Source: Octopus sinensis
Taxonomy: Eukaryota
DNA: 64,000 bases
Direction: 5' to 3'
NCBI RefSeq assembly: GCF_006345805.1
Contig: NC_043005.1
Location: forward strand, 4,402,001-4,466,000
Both the position numbers and the translations under genes were made by a program. This document shows, in pieces, positions 51,667-62,159 of the stretch (positions are counted from its first letter, which is position 1; each line of letters opens with the position of its first letter). The notes under the pieces were generated by a model, which was given only the letters and a program-made list of their open reading frames with translations, did no database searches and was not told the origin of the DNA.

Positions 51667-52546
51667 GTAATTTATTTGATTTTCCATTATTTTTATTTGT
51701 TTTTATTTATTCTTAAACCTTTCATGCCTCTCATCTCATGGATTGTTAGAAGTTCCTATCAGACTCTTCCAGTGCAGCATGTGTTAACATTCTGTTTACT
51801 CAGACGTTCTTTAGAATTTGGTCATGGTGTCAGGCTCCCTTCCTTCCAGACGTTTAACAATCTTTTCACTGTTCTAAACATGACTCCTACACAAATGGTA
51901 AATTCCTTGTCAACCCTTTTATTAATCAAATTTCTGTTGAAACACATTGTCTTTGTTTCACTCAATTTTGAAAATAATGAATTTAGTAAAATAACTTTGT
52001 CATTTTTAAGTTGGTGTTGGAACATAAATTAACGTGACATTTTGATGGAAGATGGTGCTAGCATAGAAATTTCCTGTTTTAAAAAAATTGTAACCGTCCA
52101 TCAAAATTTCATTTAATGTTCCAAACACCATGATAACATTTTACTGAATTCTTCATTATTTTCAAAATCAATTTGAATAGAGGCAATATATTTCAACAGA
52201 AATATAGTAATGAACGGATTAATGGCAAAGTTATAAAATAATAATAATAATAATGAAATTATTGTATACAGTGCTCAGGTGCACCACAACTTGTCAGAAA
52301 GTGCGTATAAAGCATATGCAGTAATGTACAAATGTCTGGGAAGTGAACAGTGTATGAGTCAGATACATGCTTGCATGTGTATCCCTCTAAATGTTTGATT
52401 ATTTTCTAAAGTAGTTGAAATTCCATCTAGGGATTTCAAAGGGTAAAAAATAATCATGAAAGGGTTAAGAATATTTATAGTAGAAAAAGAAATTTTATTC
52501 CTTATTTCCTTTATTTTGTTTTCATTTTCTGTTTTTGAAATTTCAG

Positions 52547-52717
52547 GAATTTAAATCCAATGTTGATGCAAAACAAGAAGAGGTTGAGAATCTTAACCAA
52601 CAAGCTACTGAGTTGTCGAAAGACAGCACCAACGACCAATCTATCTATATCAAAGAACCAATTGCCAATATGAATCTACGTTGGGATATGCTTATTGGAA
52701 ATATTGCAGATCGAGAG
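52547..52717 (+). CDS. MACF1: Exon w35 (EFKSNVDAKQEEV...IADRE), phase 0/0
   Basis: TTTCAG acceptor, GAG|GTAGGA donor, 171 nt. Confidence 0.93.
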
Positions 52718-52930
52718 GTAGGACTGTTTTAATATTGACCATGTTCTTCCAAACCTCCATCTATCTTCTCTTCTCTACCTCTCCTCTTGCTCCCCCACTC
52801 ACCTCTCATCCCCCCTCTCACTCACTCCTCTTGCTCCCCTCTCACTCTCCTCCTCTCACTACCACTCTACCCACTCACCTCTCTGTTCAGTTCAGTAGAT
52901 AATCTAAACACCCTTTCCATCTGTTTTCAG

Positions 52931-53086
52931 CGCCAACTACAAGCAGCTCTCTTGAATGTGGGACAGTTTGACCATGCACTCAATGAAATCCTAACATGGC
53001 TTTTTAAAACTGGCAAAGCAGTTGACAATGTTCAACAATTGTTTGGTGACCCAAGAACCATTGAGATGGAACTATCCAAATTAAAT
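52931..53086 (+). CDS. MACF1: Exon w36 (RQLQAALLNVGQFDHAL...ELSKLN), phase 0/0
   Basis: TTTTCAG acceptor, weaker AAT|GTTTGT donor, 156 nt. Confidence 0.9.
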
Positions 53087-53259
53087 GTTTGTATTCTTTT
53101 GTTTTATTCTCCTCATTTATTTTTTTTCCTGTTATTATATTGGTACAAGAGTTAAAGTCATCAGTAAACTAAACCTGTGAATTGGGATTAAAGCCCTTCA
53201 GAAAGGCATGATAGTCGTAACTTCCCATTTCCCTTGGTTATGACTGTATGCTCTCTCTC

Positions 53260-53472
53260 TTACTCTTTTGTTTCAGTCATTTGATTGTGGCCATGCTGGA
53301 GCACCGCCTTTACTTGAGCAAATCGACCCCGGGACTTATTCTTTGTAAGCCTAGTACTTATTCTATCGGTCTCTTTTGCCGAACCGCTAAGTGATGGGGA
53401 CGTAAACACACCAGCATCAGTTGTCAAGTGATTTGGGGGAACAAACACAGATACAAACACACACACACACAC

Positions 53473-53530
<58 letters not shown>

Positions 53531-53714
53531 ATACATACATACACACATATATATATATGATGGGCTGGGCTTCTTTCATTTTCCATCTACCAAATCCACT
53601 CACAAGGCTTTGGTCAGCCCAAGGCTATAGTAGAAGACACTTGCCACGCAGTGGGACTGAACCCGGAAGCATGTGGTTCATAAGCAAGCTGCTTACTACA
53701 CAGCCACTCCTACC
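53260..53714 (-). mobile_element. Full-length SINE family A, inverted
   Basis: Reverse complement of 49410-49820, roughly 85-90% similar by eye outside the microsatellite. Confidence 0.85.
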
Positions 53715-54321
53715 TATATCTAAAACTGCTGTAAATAGCCTGGTAAGAACCACCATTCAACAAGTTTACGACCTGGTCTCAATGTCCTCAGGACAACTTG
53801 AGTGAATTTGGTAAATGGAAACTGTGTGGAAGCTTATTGTATATGTCCATCATTATCCTCATCATATAACATCCATTTTCTATGCAGGCATGGGTTGGAT
53901 GGTTTGACAGGGGCTCGCAAGGCAGAAGACTGCACCAGGCTTCACTGTCTGTTTTGGCAGGGTTTTACAACTGGATGCCCTTCTTAACACCAACCATCTT
54001 AAAGAGCAGACTAAAACATCCAAAGTTTCGGCATGTGTATGTGTGTCCACCACTTGACAACTGGCATTGGTTTATTTATATCCCCATAACTTAGAAGTTT
54101 GACAAAAGAGACTGATAGAATAAGTATCAAACTTTAAAGATAACTACTCTGCTTGTTTTGTTCAACCTTTCAAAGCAGAGCCCCCAGCAGAGTGGCAGTT
54201 CAATGGCTGAAACAAGTTGAAAATAAATAACATATTAATTGATTGATTTAATTTCTTGTTGTTAATGGATTGAATTAGTTTTGCATTTTGAAATGATTTA
54301 CATATTTTTCTTTTCTTTTAG

Positions 54322-54519
54322 GTTCTTCAAAATGATATCCAAGCCCATCTCCCCAGTGTAGACTCTCTCAATGAAGTTGGGAAAAAGATGGTAGCTGCTG
54401 AAAATGATCTGGAAGTTTCTTCTATCAAAGGTCGACTGGACAGTTTGAATTCCAATTGGGAAGAATTGTTAGATAAAAGCTTAAATAAACGCCAAGAACT
54501 TGAAGGATCTTTGAAAGAG
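54322..54519 (+). CDS. MACF1: Exon w37 (VLQNDIQAHLPSV...GSLKE), phase 0/0
   Basis: CTTTTAG acceptor, GAG|GTAAAT donor, 198 nt. Confidence 0.93.
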
Positions 54520-54762
54520 GTAAATTGCATTGTTTTGGAATTAGTTTATTTCCTTGTTATTATGGTCTTGTTTTAGTTTCTGGCCAATAAGCCACCAATT
54601 CTTTATGGATCATCATTTGTACTTGACCGTCTGTTTGGGACCTGGTCAGATTTTGGAGCTGAAACATTTTGTGTATATTTTTGCTCCTAAAACAAAAAAA
54701 CTGTCTGGAATTAACTTATCAGACTACATAACTGTGGATTAGGTGTTCAAATTTGTTGTAGG

Positions 54763-55177
54763 TGTAACGTGAAAGGATCTATCATCGAAACACTGGCAGG
54801 GTGTCGAGATCCTTTCTAGTCACATACAAAATTCTTGTAGAAAACAAACAGACGAAACTCAGGTTAAAGGTGAACAGACAACTTGGTTTATTGATTCATG
54901 GTTGTACGTTGTCTGATGGGGGAATAGACAGCCTCTGATGTATTGCTGGTGTTGGTCGTTGAGGTTGGTTGAAGTTGGTTGAAGCTGGTGTGTGGCTGTC
55001 AGAGCCAGGAAAACCGTGACCGATCGCAGTGCTGTCTTGAGCCGAAGAGAGAGATTTGAGGTTCGCGGGCTCGAGAGATGTTTTCCCGCACATGCGCATG
55101 GGGAAGACTTCCGGTGGCCACCGGAAGTAGTCCCATTCTGCGCATGCGCGCCGAACCTACACTGTAGCATCACTACA
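54763..55177 (-). repeat. 3' LTR (415 bp)
   Basis: TGTAAC...CTACA on +; matches 59370-59786 except for two 1-nt differences in C runs; minus-strand AATAAA near 54886-54891. Confidence 0.97.
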
Positions 55178-55190
55178 GGGCTCCCCTCCG
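55178..55190 (-). promoter_or_regulatory. Polypurine tract (GGAGGGGAG-CCC) before the 3' LTR
   Basis: Minus strand reads CGGAGGGGAGCCC immediately followed by TGTAGTG (LTR start). Confidence 0.85.
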
Positions 55191-55301
55191 AGTGCGAAGT
55201 ACGGCAACCAGAATATTGTGGTGGTGCTGCAGAAAACAGAAGGCTTGCCGATCCCCAGAAGACTTGGTACATACTATTATACAATAAGAAACATTTTAAA
55301 G

Positions 55302-58300
55302 TTAAATGTAAATTGTTTTTGAAAGTTTCTTGGGCCAATGCACTGTTCTGCCCGACTTTGTAACATACGGTGTGCTCGGGGCACCCGTTGACGGCGAGGG
55401 TGGTGTTGTAGGAGCCGGTGAAGGTGTTTGTGCAGGTGAAGGCGTTTGTGCAGGTGAAAGTGTTGTTAAAGGTGCATAGGGGGTGTGTCAAGGTTGTCAT
55501 CAAAAGATGAAGACGTCTCAAAATGTGCCTTTTTTAAACGGTCCACGGAAACGGTCTCCGAACGACCATTTATCTCAATCGTGAAAACCTTTGGTGTGCG
55601 AGAAAGCACACGAAAAGGTCCTTTATAGGGAGAAACAAGTGGGCCCTTCACAGAATCGTCCCGAACAAAAACATGCGACCAGGTGTTCATATCCGGTGGA
55701 AGATGGGACGGTGGAGATTGCTTTCTGGGAAGCATGGGCGGAAGGTTTGAAAAATATTCCCGCAGTCTGGTGACATAGGTCGCCGGATCATGGGGCGGGG
55801 AAGTGTCTGGCACCAACATCGTACCGGGCAATGCCAGTGTGGTACCATACAGCAGCTCTGCAGCAGAAAACCCCAGGTCTGCCTTGACAGCAGTCCGACA
55901 GCCGAGAAGCACAATGGGCAGAAATTCGATCCAGGACTGTGGGTCCGAAGAGGCACGAAGAGCGGCCTTGAGCTGTCTATGGAACCGCTCAACCAATCCA
56001 TTAGACGCTGGATGGTAGCTTGTGGTGTGGATATGGTGCATACCCAAAATTCGCGACAATTCGCGAAATAGCGAGGCCTCAAACTGTCGTCCACGATCAG
56101 TTGTCAATCGGGACGGGACTCCGAAACGAGAAATCCAGTTTGAAACGAAAGCTCGCGCAACAGTCTCAGCAGAAATGTCTGCTATCGGAATGGCTTCTGG
56201 CCAGCGGGAGAAACGATCGACACAAGTTAATAGATAAGAGAACCGCGACTCACAGGCCATGGTCCAACCAGATCGATGTGGACATGGCGAAAACGGGCCT
56301 CCGTGGGGGGAAATTGTCCAAGCGGGGCACGAACGTGCCGTTGAATCTTGGATCGTTGACACTTGGAGCAGGTGCGTGTCCAACAAGTAATTGTGCGACG
56401 CATATTCGGCCAGAAAAACGAGCAGTGATTAGTTTGAGGGTGGCAGCGATGCCAGGATGTGATAAGGAGTGCAGTGCTTCAAACACTGAGCGTTGATGGG
56501 TCTCAGGCACCAGTGGCCTGGGAGATCCAGTTGAAGTGTCACAAAGAATGGTGCCTTCGGCTGACGGAAGCGGAAGGTAGGAAAACTGGCAACAGGAGAA
56601 CTTGGAGAAGTTAAATCTAACGACGCCAAAGGTGGCTGCTCCTGCGATATGGCAGCTAAGTCGATAGCAGCAGGAGACGAAAGGGCGCAAACTGGAAGGC
56701 GAGAGAGAGCGTCAGCAGGAACGTTCTCTTTTCCAGGTATGTGTCGAATGTTGCTAGTAAATTGAGAGATAAAATCCAGGTGCCGAAAAGCACGGGGTGA
56801 GAGTTTGTCCGTTTTTGAAAACAGGGCAAACGTAAGGGGCTTGTGATCCGTATAGATCACAAAATCTCGCCCTTCAAGTTGATGCTGGAAATGACGAACC
56901 GATAGGTAGATCGCTAGGAGCTCACGATCAAAGGTGCTGTATCGTCGTTCAGCTGGTTGCAGTTGACGGGAAAAGAAGGCTAGAGGTCGAACATGGTCAT
57001 CCACTGTGTGTTGTAACACAGCGCCAATCGCAGTGTCCGATGCGTCCACAGTCAAAGAGAGAGAAGCACCAGGAACTGGATGTGCAAGCAAAGAAACAGA
57101 AGCCAGCTCCTTCTTAATGGACTCAAAGGCTGTCACTGCCTCAACAGAGAGGGTGACTTGACTGTCCTTTCTAGGAGAGTCCTTTAACAGCCTGGTGAGA
57201 GGTAGCAGCTTATCTGCACAACCGGGAATGAAGCGTCGGTAGAAATTGACCATCCCTAGATAATGCCTGAGCTGGCGCAAGGAAGTGGGGGGTGCGATGC
57301 GTTGAATGGCATCGACTTTTGACGAGAGGGGGCTGATTCCAGTCGAATCAATATGATGCCCTAGGAAATCTAGGGAAGAGCGTCCGAAAACACACTTGTC
57401 GGGGTTATGCGTATGCTATACGCGCGAAGACGCTGGAAGAGTTGAGAAAGGTGCCGGAGATGATTTTCTCGTGTGTCGCTCGCAATGAGTATGTCATCGA
57501 CATAGGCAAACACAAAATCAAGACCGCGGACAACCTCATCAATGAAACGCTGGAAGGTGCTAGTAGCATTCCGCAAACCGAAACTCATGTACAAAAACTC
57601 AAAACACCCAAACGGGGTAGTGATTGCAGTTTTTGGAACGTCGGCTGGGTTGACCGGTATTTGGTGGTAAGCGCGTATCAGATCGACCTTCGAAAAAATG
57701 GTACAACCATGGAGATTTGCTGTAAAGTCCCGGAGATTTCTAATCGGATAGCGATCGGCTATTGTGACGGCATTGAGGTGTCGATAGTCTCCAACCGGGC
57801 GAAAATCAGACTCGCCCTTTCGCGCCAAATGAAGGGGAGATGCCCATGGGCTGGTGGAGGGGCGTATAATGCCAAGTTGAAGCATGTGCTCAAACTCGGC
57901 TCTGGTGTTTTAAGTCGGTCTGGCGCTAGGCGCCGGGGGCGTGAGAATACAGGTGGCCCATTGGTGGTGATGAAATGGAGGGTCGAGTGGGTAGGATTTT
58001 CCGGTTTAAAGGCAATGTCCACTAGCTCCGGAAATGAAACCAAAAGAGAGTGAAATGGGTCTCCAGAGGTGGCAACAAAGAATGTCGGGCTAAGGACCGC
58101 AGTGGTGGAACTCCCAGTCGGTGTAGAGAGCGACGTCGTGCTATCAAGAAGCCTCCGACGCCTGACATCCACCAATAGGTTAAACCTATCCAGGAAATCA
58201 GCGCCGAGAATAGGATGTGGGATGTCAGCGATGACGAAAACCCATCGAAAGTCTCGGCGAAGGTTGAGGTTGAGGCGCAGCGAAATCTGACCGTAAGTGG

Positions 58301-58508
58301 TTATGGGAGACGAGTCAATAGCATGCAAGACAATCGAAGAGCGCTTCGGCTTGTCTGCAGCCAGACGAAGGGGCCAGATGCTGCAACAGGAACCGGTGTC
58401 TACCATGAAGAATGTCTTCGACACCAGATCTTTTACATAGAATGCACGATGTTTGGGAAACGAGATGGAAGAAGGTGACGTGCTCACCTCCTCCGGTTTT
58501 AGTTTTCC
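55302..58508 (-). CDS. pol: Pol polyprotein (protease, reverse transcriptase, RNase H, integrase), interrupted by six apparent 1-nt deletions
   Basis: Protease VDTGS; [31 protein letters not shown]; RNase [27 protein letters not shown]; integrase HHCC (HSLSHPG...CSKC), [29 protein letters not shown]; C-terminal [13 protein letters not shown] ending at TAA 55302-55304 after frame repair. Confidence 0.93.
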
Positions 58509-58981
58509 GAGGGCTTGAAAGTGCACGGCTGGGTACACCGATCTGCCCTTTTGGTAGAGCGACTACGACTGCGTTGTCGGCGCTCGATCGCACGGGATAG
58601 ATCGTCGATTCGCCGCGTGAGCGCATCAATCCGCTCGGCTAGTGAAATTTGCGCAGGGCCCCCTATACATGCACAGAGGCCTCGCGATGGAGATGGATTC
58701 GGAAATTCCAGTATTCCATCGGCCGTCGTGGCAATCTGAATATTGCTCTCCCCCGAACGTGTGTTGCGGCGGAGGATTTCTGCTTTCACAGACGCGTATG
58801 TGGCATCCGGGTGGGGACTTATTATTAGATCCCTGATCGATGCGGCGAGTCGGGGATGTAAGCCGGAATATAGCAGGTGCAACTGCTGCTGTGGAGAAAT
58901 GGCATGTGCATCAAAATACCACTCCACTTGGGCAAACCATAGGCCCATATCCCCCGTAAATGAAGGCAAACCTGAAGCCAT
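58499..58981 (-). CDS. gag: Gag-like protein (160 aa), apparently shortened
   Basis: LPSF...LWFAQVEWYF N-terminus, Arg/Ser-rich RSRSRS tract and CTQPC near the end; position between PBS and pol. Confidence 0.8.
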   Translation of the reverse strand: MASGLPSFTGDMGLWFAQVEWYFDAHAISPQQQLHLLYSGLHPRLAASIRDLIISPHPDATYASVKAEILRRNTRSGESNIQIATTADGILEFPNPSPSRGLCACIGGPAQISLAERIDALTRRIDDLSRAIERRQRSRSRSTKRADRCTQPCTFKPSEN

Positions 58982-59357
58982 GCCTTTGTCGGAAGGAATC
59001 TGTGAGAAGGGGGCAGAAGGTATGGTCTAGAAGTGGAGAGAGAACACGTGGAACCGAGAAGGCAATTCAAAATTGTGTTTGTGTGTGCACCTCGTGGGTA
59101 GCAAAAAAAGGAATAGGTGTGTACAAGGAAAACAAAATACAGAAAAGGAAAAAAAAATGAATGTGTGTGTGTTTTCTTTTTTCTTTGTTTTTTTTTTTTT
59201 TTTTTTTGTACTGTGTGCGATGAATAAGGCTATTTTACCCACCTCGCCGTGCTGAAAAGGAGAAAATAGGAAAATAAATGTGAATTTCCGCGCTCTTCGG
59301 CCCCAAAAAAAAACCTGTTCGCTGTGTCTTCTTCTATCCTGTTCTTTTTCTCAACTA

Positions 59358-59367
59358 GGGGTCACCA
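59358..59367 (-). promoter_or_regulatory. Primer binding site TGGTGACCCC, probably tRNA-Trp
   Basis: Lies 2 nt inside the 5' LTR end on the minus strand; matches the first 10 nt of the known tRNA-Trp PBS (TGGTGACCCCGACGTGAT). Confidence 0.8.
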
Positions 59368-59369
59368 AT

Positions 59370-59786
59370 TGTAACGTGAAAGGATCTATCATCGAAACAC
59401 TGGCAGGGTGTCGAGATCCTTTCTAGTCACATACAAAATTCTTGTAGAAAACAAACAGACGAAACTCAGGTTAAAGGTGAACAGACAACTTGGTTTATTG
59501 ATTCATGGTTGTACGTTGTCTGATGGGGGAATAGACAGCCTCTGATGTATTGCTGGTGTTGGTCGTTGAGGTTGGTTGAAGTTGGTTGAAGCTGGTGTGT
59601 GGCTGTCAGAGCCAGGAAAACCGTGACCGATCGCAGTGCTGTCTTGAGCCGAAGAGAGAGATTTGAGGTTCGCGGGCTCGAGAGATGTTTTCCCGCACAT
59701 GCGCATGGGGAAGACTTCCGGTGGCCACCCGGAAGTAGTCCCATTCTGCGCATGCGCGCCGAACCCTACACTGTAGCATCACTACA
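59370..59786 (-). repeat. 5' LTR (417 bp)
   Basis: Direct repeat of 54763-55177; adjacent to the PBS. Confidence 0.97.
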
Positions 59787-60464
59787 TAGGCACTACATTG
59801 TGCTGCAGTTCACCTAGCCCTAAAAATACACACAAAATTCCTGAGAGAAAGAGTGCAGCAGAAGAACTGGCCATGGTTGTGGTGCTAGGGAAGTCAGGCA
59901 GGGGGTAACGGTGTCTTCATGAAGCTAATGTTTTACCATTTTTTTTTCTTTTTACTTAGACTTTTTACTTTACAGACTGATGCACATCATATGTTTCCTG
60001 TTAAAATGTTTGTCTACCTGTAAAATATGGTGTGGGCTTGTTTTTCCTTCAGTTTTTGCTGCACCCAGGATCAGGAAAGATCTGTCCTTATATTATTCCT
60101 GTTCTTTCATCTCTTCTACCCATTATTTCCACAGACAGGTCTTTGTTCATCCATCTCAAACTATCGGACCTAATACTCCATCACAATAACATTCTACCTG
60201 CCACATTCTTAACCAATATTTCTCTGGCATTCTTTGTAAAGGACAAATGTAGCCGCTGCAAAGCATCAAATGTTATTTATTTACAACAGTCGCTTTACTC
60301 CTAGATGGATGCTGACACAACTTATAAATTCTAGGTTATAAATGTCTGGTGTGGCCAAATAGTTATTTGTATTGAGAAATGACTCGTGACTTCAAGAACG
60401 CAACATGTCTTGTGTTGTTGTGAAAGAGAGTGTTTTTGGAAGTATGATAAATATTAAATACCTT

Positions 60465-60602
60465 TGGCCTGTCTATCTATCAGATTAGCTACATTATGAA
60501 GATCTGGCCTGTCTATCTATCAGATTAGCTACATTATGAAGATCTGGCCTGTCTATCTATCAGATTAGCTACATTATGAAGATCTGGCCTGTTTATCTAT
60601 CA
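60465..60602. repeat. 40-bp tandem repeat, about 3.4 copies (TGGCCTGTCTATCTATCAGATTAGCTACATTATGAAGATC)
   Basis: Units start at 60465, 60505, 60545 and 60585; the first three are identical. Confidence 0.95.
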
Positions 60603-60654
60603 TCAAACAGAAATAGCTGTACAACACAGGATTCAGCAGTATTTATGAAGCAGC

Positions 60655-61055
60655 AGGCAAGGCTTGCCAGTGCCACCTGACTGGTTTCCATGCTGGTGGC
60701 ATGTAAAAAGCACCATTTGAGTGTGATCGTTACCAACGTCGCCTTACTGGCACGTGAAAAAACATTCGCGCGAGGTCGTTGCCAGTGCCGCTTGACTGGC
60801 TGCTGTGTAGGTAGCACGTAAAAAACACCATTTGAGCATGGCCATTGCCAGTACCGCCTGACTGGCCCTCTTGCCAGTGGCACGTAAAAGCACCCACTAT
60901 ACACTCGGAGTGGTTGGCGTTAGGAAAGGCATCCAGCTGTAGAAAATCTGCAAGATCAAGATTGGAGCCTGGCGCAGTCATCTGGTTCGCCAGTCCTCAG
61001 TCAAATCGTCCAACCCATGCCAGCATGGAAAGCGGACGTTAAACGATGATGATGA
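60655..61055 (+). mobile_element. Copy of the (GAT)n-tailed composite repeat, four subunits
   Basis: Same core and tail as 3747-4240. Confidence 0.8.
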
Positions 61056-61385
61056 AAGCTTGTGCTCTTTTATATTCTAAAAATCAAGCAAGCTGTATGG
61101 AAATTTCATGGCCCATTTTATAGTAGAGTACAGTGTCAACTATAAACATCTCCCCACTTTGTAATAATATCCTGTCATATCGTTCATAATCCTTTGATTA
61201 ATTTCTAGGAAATCTTGAGTTGGTACAGTTAATAGAGCAGATATAGAGTAGGACAACAACATGTGTCCATGCCTCGTTATATCTTCCGCTTTTGATAACA
61301 TTTATGTTTCCTTTTTTTTTGACACATTTTGTCTTTTGTGTTGTTTCTGAGATTTTATGTGAATTTCAAATGAATTTCATTCCAG

Positions 61386-61514
61386 GCCCAGGTTTTTACT
61401 GGAGAACTGCAAGACTTACAGGTGCGCCTTGGCGAAATAGAGAACCTATTGATACAGTCTCATCCAGTTGGTGGTTTACCTGACACGGCAAAGGATCAAC
61501 TCGACAAATTTATG
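61386..61514 (+). CDS. MACF1: Exon w38 (AQVFTGELQDL...PVGGLPDTAKDQLDKFM), phase 0/0
   Basis: ATTCCAG acceptor, ATG|GTATTT donor, 129 nt. Confidence 0.92.
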
Positions 61515-61645
61515 GTATTTTACATTTCTCTTCCGTTGACTGTCTCCTGCTTAAACATAACATTAAATATTTATTCTCATCTCTCTCTCTCTTACACTCT
61601 CTCTTCTCCTTTATTGATCTTATTCTCTCTCTTACTCTTTCTCTA

Positions 61646-61677
<32 letters not shown>

Positions 61678-61988
61678 TCAGACTATTTTTGTCTCTCTCT
61701 CTCACAGTTTTTTGTTTGTTTGTGTCTCTCTCTCTTTCTCTCCCCCCTCTGTTTTTGCTTCTCTCTCACTATTTTCTCTTTTTCTCTCTCCCCCGTTTTT
61801 GTCTCTCTCTCACACACTCTATTTTTCTCTTTCTCTCCCCCCTCTACTTTTGTCTCTTTCTCTCTCTCTCTCTTTTCTCTTCTCCATTTCTGTTTTCATT
61901 ACCATCTAAACATGTGCTTCCTGTGTTGAGTCACTTTGTCAGAAGCCATTCACTCGTCTCTCACCATTCTCTAATTCTATATTTGCAG

Positions 61989-62159
61989 AACATTTACGCA
62001 GAACTGAAACTGCTTGATGACATTGTTACCAAAGTGAAAGTTGATGGAGAACGAATTCTAGAAAAGACTGATGATACATCAACGTCAAAGATTCGCTCCA
62101 ACTTGCAAGCTGTCCAGCAACAAAATGACCACATCAATGCAAGAGCCGTCGACCGCAAA
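61989..62159 (+). CDS. MACF1: Exon w39 (NIYAELKLLDD...AVDRK), phase 0/0
   Basis: TTTGCAG acceptor, AAA|GTAAGG donor, 171 nt. Confidence 0.9.

Larger units (their letters stand above)
54763..59786 (-). mobile_element. Full-length Ty3/Gypsy LTR retrotransposon (5024 bp), antisense in the intron between exons w37 and w38
   Basis: Two near-identical TG...CA LTRs, 4-bp target duplication TAGG (54759-54762 and 59787-59790), PBS, PPT, and gag followed by PR-RT-RNaseH-IN (Gypsy domain order). Confidence 0.97.

Noticed and set aside
54859-55521. Possible env-like third ORF in the retrotransposon
   Set aside because: It overlaps the true integrase C-terminus in another frame and the LTR; no signal peptide or transmembrane pattern.
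59787-59797. CACTACA just outside the 5' LTR, identical to the LTR end
   Set aside because: A 7-nt match is plausible by chance; the boundary is fixed by LTR identity and the TAGG TSD.
61515-61988. 277-aa ORF 61422..62255 reading through the w38-w39 intron (474 nt, in frame, no stop)
   Set aside because: The intron is CT-microsatellite-rich, which lacks stops by composition, and has good splice sites. In-frame retention is possible but unsupported without RNA data.
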